Position numbers and translations under genes: made by a program
Source of the DNA: Squalus acanthias
Lineage: Eukaryota
Length of the DNA stretch: 64,000 bases
Reading direction: 5' to 3'
Assembly: GCA_030390025.1 (NCBI GenBank)
Contig: CM059432.1
Location: forward strand, 16,928,001 to 16,992,000
In this document: positions 13,044 to 24,029 of the stretch, one piece after another
How the letters are laid out: each line of letters opens with the position of its first letter
How positions within the stretch are numbered: position 1 is the first letter of the stretch
Notes under the pieces: model-generated
The model's input: the letters and a program-made list of their open reading frames with translations, nothing else
Database searches by the model: none
Told to the model about the DNA's origin: nothing

Positions 13044-13444
13044 CTGAAAGACAGATCAAAACATGTCCCAGTACGGAAGGAACATTTTTCCAAGTACAAT
13101 CGATTCCTTTGGCGTGAGTAATCCGCAGGAGTAATTATGTTTTGCAGTTGTGTAATTAATTTCTTTTTGATGAGATGGTAATTATTTGATCAGATATATC
13201 AAGGTCATACTGCTGTCCCTTGTAAAATATTTTTATAATGTAAAATAATCCAAGGACTAAAATAAATTTTTAGTTTCCAGTCAACACAAAACAGCCACTA
13301 GCACCGGGGAGGGAAGGAAAAAAAATTACATTAAAAACACAACAGTTCAACTACAGTGAAACCTGTAAATTATGGACACCTAAGGGACTAGCATCAGCTG
13401 TCCATTTTTTGCATGCGTCAAAATGGTCATTGTATGTACTGTAT

Positions 13445-13623
13445 GATACCAGCAGGAACAGCGGCTGTGGGGTGCTTCAAGCTCCGATACCAGCAGGAAC
13501 AGCGGCTGCAGAGGTGATTCAAACCCCAATATAGGCAAAGACAGCGGCTACAGGGGTGATTCAAACCCCGATACCAGCATCGACAGCTGCCGTGGGGGGA
13601 ATTCAAAGCTCGGATACTGGCAG
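13445..13623 (+). repeat. Minisatellite, about 42 bp x 4
   Basis: Units resemble GATACCAGCAGGAACAGCGGCTG..GGGGTGATTCAAACCCC. Confidence 0.85.
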
Positions 13624-13719
13624 GGTCAAACAAAAAAAATCCAGAAGCAATTAATCAGTCATCACAATCTTCAGGCTCAGATACAGTATTTACTACCGAA
13701 TCTAAATGTGGTCGAGGAG

Positions 13720-14360
13720 CAAAGGGTTCTGGGAGTACAAATACACAAATCACTAAAAGTAGCGACGCAGGTTAATGAGGCCATAAAAAAATAAACCAAG
13801 CACTAGGGTTTATTGCTAGAGGGACAGAATTGAAAAGTAGTGAAGTTATGCTAAACTTGTATCAAACCTCAGTTAGACCACACTTGGAGTACTGTGTACA
13901 GTTCTGGTTGCCATATTATAAAAAGGATACAAAAGGCACTGCAGAGGGTGCAAGAAAGATTTACAAGGATGATACCAGAAATGCGAGGTTATACCCATCA
14001 GGAAAGAATGAACAGGCTGGGGCTCTTTTCTCTATAAAAAGAGAAGGCTGAGGGGTGACCTAATACAGATCTTTAAAATTATGAAGGTTTAGATGGGGAA
14101 TTCAGAAGAAACTTCTTTACCCAGAGAATGGCAAGAATGTGGAACTCGCTACCACAGGGGAGTAGTTGAGGCAAATCGTATAGATGCATTTAAGGGGAAG
14201 CTAGATAAGCATATGGGGGGGGGGGGGGGGAGAGAAGGGAACAGAGAGTTATGCTGATAGAGTTAGATGAGGAAGGATGGAAGAGACTTGAGTGGAGCAT
14301 AAACGTCGGGATGGATTGGTTGGGCCGAAAGGCCCCTTTCTGTGCTGTATATTCTACGCA
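13720..14360 (+). mobile_element. CR1 LINE 3' fragment
   Basis: VRPHLEYCVQFW motif and CR1-like 3' UTR. Confidence 0.85.
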
Positions 14361-16306
14361 ACATTTTAAACTGCGACGTCAGGCTGTGTCCCGTGTTTTA
14401 AGGTGTAAACGGGCTTGGTACAGCGAAGGCTGTCCGCAGTTCATAATTTGTGAATCTTCCATGGTTTCCAGAGTGCCTCTTGCATCTTTTACAATGCAAG
14501 TTATTTGGCACCGTCAGTAAATGTCCGTTTCTTGCTGGTGTCCCGTGGCGTACAGTTTCATGAGAACCAGGTACCTGCTGGCAATTCATCCCAAGTGTAA
14601 GCCATGACACTGAGTGTTGGCAGCCTTTTTGTCTGTGGATAACATTATATTCAAGGGCAATTGACACATGTACGCCGAGTAGTATAGCTGTACAGTGAAT
14701 CCTGTCCAATTTTCCCTTCAGAAACACTGACAAAGTTGATCACTCTTGACACCTGACCCAGATGAAATATAAGATGCCCATAACTGTAACTATTGACACA
14801 CAATGCGATCAGAGGAAATGGTCCAAAATACGTGAAAACCAGGGGAAGAAAGAGAAAACCTTGCAAAAAGTGAAATAAATATACATTAGCAGTATGTGGT
14901 TTACAAAAATAAATAAATATATTTTTACGCCGTATACTGTGTTCACTTAGCTTTTTTTCTTTAAATAAAACCATCTTCTAGTTTCGGGCCTGAGCCTCAG
15001 TCTGGTAAGTGCATTTTTAACCTGCCTTTTTAAAATAGAATCAAAGGGCAACACATTTTACATTTCAGCAGCCGATGTACAGACTGAGAGTTCTCTCTTA
15101 CAATCCCTGGAGCTCACGATCAGTTAAATAGAAATTGGGCAGGTTAAGAGTAAGACACACTCCAAGTCTAGAGGACCTGATGTTCACTTATGGGAGTGGT
15201 CAGCGACAGTGAACCAAATATCCAACATAAAAATCCAAGAAAGGGACATCAGTTTCAACTTCCAACATTTCCCCTTATGCAAGTAAAAATCCAGCTTTCC
15301 AATGTACTAATTCGAAAGGAAAATTAGATTAGATTGTTACTTTTGATGTAGACATCTCTGGTAGTTGCGTGCTGGTTGACATGTCCTATACAGAAATTTG
15401 TTCTATTCTACAAAAATTGAGTTGAACGTGGCATTGCCTCGTGACATACTGCACTAGTCTACTATCATGCAGTACTTCCACAAAAAATTAGGCTGCAGTA
15501 CCGGTCAGCAAGACTATTACCTTGCAGGTCTACAATAAAAACTACTGATCTGAAAATATTATAGAAAAATTCAAATACTCAAGCTAAGTAAAATCTTTAT
15601 TTATTTCAGCAAAACTGGTTAACGTAGGATTTAAACTACAACATTTTGAAGAGCAGATGGCAGCTCACAAAACTTTAGAACATAAATTAAATAAAAATCA
15701 GTAAGAAGACAGCATCACACAGAGGAAGAAAATCTATGCACTTACAACAAAATTGTTAACCATATATCTCTGAGGAAATCCTCCCACAGTGCATTAAACT
15801 ACAGAATCCTAAAAATCTTCCAACAAGCTCGTCAATGCCCAGGTTAGAGGAACAATTGAACTGTATCCATTTAGAAATAATTTCATTCTCTGGATACCAC
15901 TCAAAAGCAAGTTTTCCTTTGATTGCATAAAGTTAAGCACATTACTGTAAAAACGATACTATACAAGCCTAAATATCAATTTGTGCAGATAAAAAACTTT
16001 ACTACTTATCTCAGAACCAAAAAGACTAACATTAAAAAATTCAAAAATAGCACATTTATGTCAAGATAATTACTGCATTTTTACCACTGCTGACTACCAC
16101 CAACCCGGTTCATGTATAGTACTTACCCGTTAACTCTACTATGCTCAGATATCAATCAGGATAAGAATGTAATACATTAGAATACCACATTACAGCATCA
16201 CTCTCGTGGCTCATTGGGTATTTCATGTTCCTTTTTAATTACAGGAAACTTTCGTTTATCCGGCACCCAAATATCCGGAATTCTCGCTTAACCGGCAAAA
16301 ATCATC

Positions 16307-16440
16307 CTCCGAAAACTCCTCTCAAATAACCGGCAATGTTGCCGAGTCGCAGTCGAGTCTCCGCGAACGGCGAGTGCTCCGAAAACTCCTCTCAAATAAC
16401 CGGCAATGTTGCCGATCCCGAGTCCGAGTCCGCGAACGCC
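16307..16440 (+). repeat. Two-copy ~70-bp tandem repeat in the 5' region of the Tigger element
   Basis: CTCCGAAAACTCCTCTCAAATAACCGGCAATGTTGCCGA starts at both 16307 and 16377. Confidence 0.9.
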
Positions 16441-16718
16441 GATTTAGTCAGTAGGGGTACTTTTCAAAAGTGCCACTACTCGGCCTCCTGGCGCTGTCGC
16501 AAGTCCGAAACATTGCAGCAGCATGAGTAGATTCTCCCGCGCTGCCTGGAGTCTCTTCTGATCGGCCATTTTGCTGGGTGTCTCCCACGATGCTGGTAGT
16601 CTCTTCTGATACACCATTTTGCTGTGTGTCTGCCACGCTGCTGGTAGTCTCTTCCTAGCCACCATTGTTCTGTGTGTCTTTCCATCTTCATCGGCAATTA
16701 TCTCCTCCATCTTGCATT

Positions 16719-18491
16719 ATGGAATTCCCAAAAGCTGGTCCAAGCAAAAGGAAGAGAGTGGTCTTAACTTTAAAACAGAAAATCGTGATATGCCAACGAC
16801 TAGAAAGGGGAGAGAAGCGTATCAACATTATGAATGAATTCAAAATCGGTTCGTCAACAATCTACGACATCAAATCGCAGAAGGATAAGCTGCTCAAGTT
16901 TTATTCAAGCTCGGAGACATGCAAGAGTGTAGAGAAACGGCGTACGCTTCGTAAGCCTAAGCTTGAAGAGCTGGATACCGTGCTTTATGAATGGTTTTCT
17001 CTTAAGCGTTCAGAGGGTGTTCCAATTTCCGGACCCATGCTCATCGAGAAAGCAAAGGATTTCTACGAAAGGATGGAGCTCACTGACAAGTGTGCTTTCT
17101 CCGATGGATGGCTAACGTGCTTCAAGTTACGGCACGGGATACGACGACTCGATATTTCCGGGGAGAAGAAATCAGCTGATCACGAAGCCGCAGAAGAATA
17201 CTGCGATTATTTCAATCGGATTGTGCAGCAACATGATTTGTCGCCAGCACAGATCTACAATGCCGATGAAACTGGCTTGTTTTGGAGGTTTTTGCCAGAA
17301 TCAACGCTTGCTGGGGCTAGTGAGGCTAATGCTTCAGGTTACAAGAAAAATAAAGATCGTGTAACCGTGCTAACATGTGCGAACGCCGCTGGATCACACC
17401 GGGTTAAACTTCTTGTTATCGGGAAGTATAAAAATCCCCGTGCATTTAAAAATGTGAGGCACTTACCTGTTGAGTACAAAGCTCAAAAAACTGCTTGGAT
17501 GGATAAGGAAATCTTCTCCGATTGGTTCCATCATATTTTTGTTCCATCTGTGAAGGAACATTTCCGCAGAATAGGGAAACCTGAAGATAGCAAATGCATT
17601 TTATTGCTTGATAATTGCAGAGCCCATCCGCATGAATCCCAGTTGGTTTCGGGAAATATTTTCACCATTTATTTGCCACCAAATGTAACTTCTCTCATCC
17701 AACCCATGGACCAGGGCGTTATCCAAAATCTGAAGTGTCATTACAAGAAAGACTTCCTACGTAAACTGCTAAGCCAAGATGAGAATATTCAAGATTTGCA
17801 GAAGGAATACAATATTAAAGATGCCATCTATAATGTTGCATGTTCCTGGAAATTGGTGAAAGGTCACACTCTGAGGCAAGCCTGGCGCAAATTGTGGCCT
17901 TCTGTAATGTTTGCTGAAGGTTCTTCTTCAGAGGAGGAATTTCATGGGTTCAGTGTTCGTCCCAAGAAGAGTACAATAATGGAAATGGCTGGAATGGTGA
18001 AACATGCAGGCCCAGCAAACCCTCTACGTTACCTCAGTGAAAGTGATATCGAGCAGTGGGTTGATGCAGATAGAGAAGTTGGTGTTGTGCATATGCTAAG
18101 TGATGATGAAATAATTCAGAATGTTTTGAATCCAAAGAAAGAAAAGGAAAGCGAGATGGAAAGTGAAGAGGATGAGATTTCTGAAGAAGAGAAGATTTCT
18201 TGGGCTAAAGCTGCAGAAGGATTTTCTACAATCCTCAAATTTGCTGAAAGGCAGAATTGCTACTCTGCACAAGAAGTTATGCAACTCCATATTCTGCATT
18301 CCACCTTTCTACAGAAAAGGCAAGAGTCCACTAAGCAAACCGACATCCGCAACATGTTTAAGAAAGCTTCCAAAAGAGTCGCAGCAGTGGAAGTGCCTGA
18401 AGAATCTGTGGCATCGGTGGAACTGCGTGATCCTGATGACCCAGCTGGCACGGATACGGATATTTCTGATGAACCAGATGACTCGGAATAA
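16719..18491 (+). CDS. pogo/Tigger (CENP-B/Jerky-like) transposase, about 590 aa, DD32D
   Basis: First ATG of ORF 16665..18491 is at 16719 ([21 protein letters not shown]). N-terminal basic and HTH segments (LYEWF, FSDGWL..FKLRHGI). Catalytic motifs [21 protein letters not shown] and IQPMDQGVI, with 32 residues between the 2nd and 3rd Asp. Acidic C-terminus. Confidence 0.93.
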   Translation: MEFPKAGPSKRKRVVLTLKQKIVICQRLERGEKRINIMNEFKIGSSTIYDIKSQKDKLLKFYSSSETCKSVEKRRTLRKPKLEELDTVLYEWFSLKRSEGVPISGPMLIEKAKDFYERMELTDKCAFSDGWLTCFKLRHGIRRLDISGEKKSADHEAAEEYCDYFNRIVQQHDLSPAQIYNADETGLFWRFLPESTLAGASEANASGYKKNKDRVTVLTCANAAGSHRVKLLVIGKYKNPRAFKNVRHLPVEYKAQKTAWMDKEIFSDWFHHIFVPSVKEHFRRIGKPEDSKCILLLDNCRAHPHESQLVSGNIFTIYLPPNVTSLIQPMDQGVIQNLKCHYKKDFLRKLLSQDENIQDLQKEYNIKDAIYNVACSWKLVKGHTLRQAWRKLWPSVMFAEGSSSEEEFHGFSVRPKKSTIMEMAGMVKHAGPANPLRYLSESDIEQWVDADREVGVVHMLSDDEIIQNVLNPKKEKESEMESEEDEISEEEKISWAKAAEGFSTILKFAERQNCYSAQEVMQLHILHSTFLQKRQESTKQTDIRNMFKKASKRVAAVEVPEESVASVELRDPDDPAGTDTDISDEPDDSE

Positions 18492-19273
18492 GTGTACAGT
18501 CAACTACAGTACTGTAGACAGTCGTTTATAAGTTTTGTTTTACTGTTAAGTAATTAAAGAGTTATGGATTACCCTCAACTGGCAGTACTGTACTTAATCA
18601 AGCATCTTCCACTATCCATTTAACACAACATTCTGTAGGTGAGTACCCAAATACTGTATACTGCACATTTCTTGATTTTTTTATGTTAAAAATAGCCTCG
18701 GTAGATATAACTCTCCGTTATCCGGTACTTTCGATAAACCGGCACCACGCCGGTCCCGTCGATGCCGGATAAACGAAAGTTTCCTGTAGTACATTGGAAT
18801 GCTTTTATTTAAAATAAACTAATTTCAATGAGTTCATTGCTATTACCGAGCTGTACAATGGAACAAGAAAGTTCCACGTTTGACGCTTGCATTTGCTGAG
18901 TTAACTAATTTCAATCGAGCTGCTAGAACTGACCTCATTGATCCTAACTAGAGACATGGACATTCACTATGCAGAACAACAACTACTTGGAATCATAGAA
19001 TGATACAGCACAGAAGGAGGCCATTTGGACCATCGTGCCTGTGTTACCTCTTTGGTAAAGCTATCCAATTCGTCCCACTCCCCTGCTCTTTCCCCAGCTA
19101 TGTCTCAGTGGGTAGCACTCTCGCCTCAGAGTCAGAAGGTTGTGGTTCAAGTCCCCCTCCAGGGACGTGAGCACATAAATCTAGGCTTACACTCCAGTGC
19201 AGTGCTGAGGGAGTGTTTTATAAAGGTTTAGCATAACTTCCTTGCTTTTGTTCTCTATGCATCTATCAATAAA

Positions 19274-19440
19274 ATTGAGAGGTCGCACAACACCAGGTTA
19301 TAGTCCAACAGTTTTATTTGAAATCACAAGCTTTCGGAACTATCGCTCCTTCCTCAGGTGAAGTAGCGATAGTTCCGAAAGCTTGTGATTTCTCAATTTT
19401 GTCCACCCCAGTCCAACACCGGCATCTCCGCATCATGACC
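19274..19440. mobile_element. Short fold-back retro-insertion (family B, Penelope-end type) with 12-bp TSD
   Basis: TCTATCAATAAA at 19262-19273 and 19441-19452; internal inverted arms; closely similar to 37272-37481. Confidence 0.85.
19324..19361 (-). ncRNA. Minimal type-I hammerhead ribozyme motif (family B)
   Basis: UCAC-CUGAGGA-A-GGAGC-GAUA-GUUCC-GAAA-GCUU-GUGA. Intact CUGANGA/GAAA/UH core; stems I and II pair. Confidence 0.75.
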
Positions 19441-22400
19441 TCTATCAATAAAGCCAAGGATCCCATATGATTTTCTAAACAGTCTTCTCAACTTCTCCTG
19501 CCACCTTCAAAGAATTGTGTACATATACCCCCAGGCCTCTCTGTTCCTGCACCCCCTTTAAAATTGTACCATTTGGTTCATATTACCTCTCCTCATTCTT
19601 CCAACCAAAATGTATCACTTCACACTTCTCTGTGTTAAATTTAATCTGCCATCTGTCTGCCGATTTCACCAATCTGCTGTCTATGTCCTCCTGATGTCTG
19701 TTACTATCCTCTTCATTGTTTACTACATTTCCGAGTTGCACGTCATCTGCAAACTATGAAATTATGCCCTGTATACCTCAGTCAGGTCATTAATATATCA
19801 AAAAGAGCAGTGGTCCTAATACCGACCCCTGGAGACCACCACTGTATACCTCCCTCCAGTCTGACAAACAATCGTTTACGACTACTCTCTGTTTTCTGTC
19901 CCTTAGCCAATTTTGTATCCACGTTGCCATTGTCGCATTAATCCCATTGACTTCAATTTTGCTAACAAGCCTAATATGTTGTACTTTATCAAACGCCTTT
20001 TGAAAGTCCATATATTAAACCTGATATGATCCCCAAATGCTCTCCCACTGAATCATGCTCCACTTGACCTATTTCATTCCCCAGAACTTGATCCAGCACT
20101 GCTTCTTTCCTCGTTGGGCTGGAAACACACTGATCAAGAAAGTTCTCTTGTACACATTTCAGGAATTCCTACTCCTCTTTGCCCTTCACACTGTTACTAT
20201 CTCAGTCTATAGTCAGATAATCGAAGTCCCCCATTATCACTAATCTGTAGTTTTTGCATCTTTCTGTAATTTGCTGCAAATTTCCTCCTCTATCTCCTTC
20301 CCATTTGGTGCCTATTGTATGCACCCAGTAGCGTAATAGCTCTGTTGTTCCTTAATTCTAACCAAATAGACTCTGTCCTTGGCCCCTCAACTACATCATC
20401 CCTCTCCAGTGCTATAATAGTTTCTTTGAACAATCCTGCCACACACCCCCTTTTTTTCCTTCCCTATCTTTCCTGAATACCTTGTAGCCAGGAATATTAA
20501 GTTTCCAATCCTCCCGTTCTTTGAGCCAGGTCTCTGTTATTGCCACTATATCATAGTCCCATGTGGCGACTTGTGCCTGCAGCTCACCAACCTTATTTAC
20601 CACGCTACGTGCATTTACGCACATGCACTCCAAACCCAACTTAAGACTGTCTCACATTTGCCCCCGGTCTGATCCCTCCTATTCTGAACTGTTCTTTACT
20701 CTAGTGCCATTTGTCTTTCCCAGTCCAATATGCGCCTTGTTTCTCCTCTCTAATCCTGGTGCCCATCCATCTGCCAAATTAGTTTAAACCCTCTCCAGCA
20801 ACACTAGTTAACCTTCCCATGAGCACATTGGTCCCAGCTCTTTCAGGTGCAACCCATCCACCTTGTACAGGTCCCTCCTGCCCCAGAACTGGTCCCAATG
20901 GCCCAGGAATCTGAAGTCCTCCCTCCTGCACCAGTTCTCCAAGCATGCATCCCTCCTGCCTCTTCCTACCCTGCCGGATGATCACCCACTGACTATTCTC
21001 CTGAACGCTCTGTAGCTGTGGGGTGTCCACTTCCTTAACTGTCGAGCCATAACTTAGCAACAGTGGAGCATGCAAATTGTGGTAGCAGTAGAAAATAGAA
21101 GATTATCGGTCTTCAGCACTACAAACCTGCCCATTTTCAACCTGTAGGTAGGTCTGAGTGCAATACAAACATTTTAAATTTACTAAGCTTCATTCAACCA
21201 ATCTACAAGTTGAAGCCTATCTTCACAAGGCTACAGAATTTATTCTGCTCTTTTGATTTGGATTACCTTTATAGATATTTCTGTAGAACTTTCCTTTGAA
21301 AGATTAAATAGATGGCTAAGAAGCCATCATAGAGTAGACGGAATATGGTCTGTCGAAGGAGCAGACATGATTCCTTTCTCATGCTCTCGATGGTGCAAAT
21401 GATAAAGTTCTGTAGCAAAAGGCTAGACACTACATGCATTCATGGCCTGGGAATAGTATTTGGCGCTGGTCAGGAATCGAAGAACATTTATGCTACAAGT
21501 TTTGTGTCAGAGAAGAACAGTTTTGGCTTTGTGCCAATTCTAAATCTGTGCAAGGTAAATTGGGCTCTATGGCCCAAACTGACTCCAAAGCAGAGTGATA
21601 CTCCCTCCTCCAGAAAGTCTCATTCCATTTCTTTTTAAGGTGTCAGGTCAGGTCCTGACTGGGTTCAGACTCCATTTTTACTATAATGGCAACATCTGTG
21701 CCAAATACAATTGTGTCACACCAGCACTACAGTTGTAATCTAAGTGCAAGAGATTTTTTCTCAAATTTCCAGGTAACTATTTTCTGGCAATATATTGGTT
21801 CTTAAATTAACCAGAGTGCTTATGTTACACTTGTTTCAACATCTGTAATATTCAGCTTTCACCAGCGTATCCTGAACCGATTTTATGCTTAGTATTCACA
21901 CTAAGCAAAGCACTGAATACATTATCGAAGAGTTATATATAATTGGTTAAATGCATCCAGTGGAATGCTCAACCTTACACATGCTGTAAACAAAGATATG
22001 ACAAGCATTATTACTTTTAGAAACAATGCAACCTTCCTTAGTTTGTGAAAGGTTTTATATGATTTTGGCAAGGGACATCACAATTTGAACTTCTCACAAA
22101 ATGCCATTGCTGCTCTATATTTGCTCAAGCCTAAAATACTGATTAGAAATTGTTAATATTTATTTGTAATGAAATAATAGGAACAAATGAAAAGTACATC
22201 AATTGATCATTTTGCCCACCAAAGCTCATGTCTCCACCTCTCCAACTCGCCCATTCAAACTGCTTTTCTTATCACAAGTTAAGTCTACCTCATCGTTTGA
22301 GTCTTTGTTTTATCTTCCCAGTCAGTTGCTTCAGTTGGGATTGAAATTCAAAATTTCAGCTATGAGAAAAATAAACATGTTGCTGTAAAATGCCGAATTC

Positions 22401-23039
22401 AAACAATGTCACAACCATGCTTCAAAAACATCTAACATCTGGCTTAAGAATCCCATTTGAACCATTAACTTTCTCTTACTAACTGAGAGTTTCAGGTTTC
22501 CTTTCCTCCTGATAGTGAAAAGGAAAAACTAAGCTAGTACAATTATGAATTTATTCACACACATTAACTGTTTTCTATAACAATACTGGTTAAACATACC
22601 AAACAAGTTGTTCTGTTGTCTATAAATAAATGTAAATTGAACTAATTCAGACTCTCCCAACTATACTGGCTGATTTTTTTTCCTTTATGCTGAACTTCTA
22701 AAAAAGGACATTTAATTGAACCAAAAGAATAGGTGAACATTTCAAATTATGAACACAACTTTCTGGCTGCAGTTCCTCAGAAAGTAAACTCCGAGTCGCC
22801 AAAGATTCTGTGTTGGATTCATTATTAAAGAAACGTTTCCCTACAGGGAGGAAAAACAGTGACAACAAAGTTCTAAAACTTCCAAACAAAATGAAACATC
22901 AAGACAGAAACACAATAGCCTGCTCACTTTACCAGACCAGAAAATATAGTTCAAACAGTTCACAGGCACAAGCTGCATCTCGTAAGAATTTGCCCAAACT
23001 TGTACCCGTATCACGTAACAGATTTAAAATGTATTAACT

Positions 23040-23290
23040 AAGGGGTCGGCCATTTAGGACTGAGATAAGGAGAAATTTCTTCACTCAAAGGGTTGTGAAT
23101 CTTTGGAATCCTCTATCCCAGAGAGAAAGTGTATATTAAAGACAGAGATCGATAGATTTTTAGATAATAAGGGAACCAAAGGATATGAGGACAGGTGGAG
23201 TTGAGGTAGAAGATCAGCCATGATCTTACTGAATGGCAGAGCAGGCTCGAAGGGCCTACTCCTGCTCCTATTTCTTATGTTGTGTTCTTA
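23040..23290 (+). mobile_element. CR1 3' end
   Basis: Matches the CR1 3' ends near 3480-3760 and 34300-34580. Confidence 0.85.
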
Positions 23291-24029
23291 ACACTGCAAA
23301 TTTAGTGTCAGTTTGCACTGATTTGCACACATACTAAACTGACAGTGTAAATCCAGAGTCCATGCCTGACCCGACTCCAGAACACCACAGAAAACGACTA
23401 TCTGGACAGTGTTGTTTCACACCACATTGGTATGACGACACATGAAGTGTAAATCCAGTGCACTGTTAAAACTGGTTTACAAAGTGCTCTACTGGGACCC
23501 CTAGACACTTGATAAATGTACCTCATCTGAATTTAAATATTTAGTGAGCAGAGATTCTCACCTACTTCCTCTCAGAACTTAAATTTCTAACTTAACAACT
23601 CTGCACATGCAAGTATTGAGGCATGTAAAAGCTCTCTCCCGAACAAGGACAGTCCATGGTAAACAAGGGAGTTAAAGCTCAGCTACACAAAGCCAAGCCA
23701 GGTGAGCCAAGTAATGTAAAGAATATTGATTATGCCTGTGTGGAACATGAACTGCAGTTACTCATCTAGACTACCTGGATTCTCACTAATTTACTGATGG
23801 AAAGATATCAATACTGCAATGAAGCATCACCTACTCACTGATGCTCAGTTTAGGTTCTGCTAGAACCACTCGGCTCCAGACCTCATCACAGTTTTGACCT
23901 AGACAGACAGTGACACAAGAGCTAAATATCAGAGGAGAAGCAGGAGTAGCTACCCTTGACATAAATGCAGCACTCAAATGGGTAATGACACCAAGGAGCC
24001 AAGAAAAACTGTCCAAAGAGCAAGATATT

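Larger units (their letters stand above)
16242..18786 (+). mobile_element. Full-length pogo/Tigger DNA transposon (Tc1/mariner superfamily)
   Basis: Perfect 24-bp TIR: CAGGAAACTTTCGTTTATCCGGCA at 16242-16265 and its reverse complement at 18763-18786. TA on both sides (16240-16241, 18787-18788). Contains an uninterrupted transposase ORF. Confidence 0.96.
18990..21050 (-). mobile_element. Fragmented CR1 LINE with nested SINE head and fold-back insertion
   Basis: Minus-strand ORFs MDFQKAFDKV, NARSVVNKVGEL...GYKVFRKDR and ORF1-end-like text. Confidence 0.85.

Noticed and set aside
13445..13623. CRISPR-like array
   Set aside because: Contiguous degenerate units without unique spacers, no cas genes, vertebrate context.
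14215..14230. Poly-G run as a functional G-quadruplex
   Set aside because: Simple homopolymer inside a CR1 remnant, with unreliable length.
16665..18491. Domesticated host gene (JRK/JRKL/TIGD2)
   Set aside because: Perfect TIRs and TA TSDs indicate a transposon, so no gene symbol was assigned.
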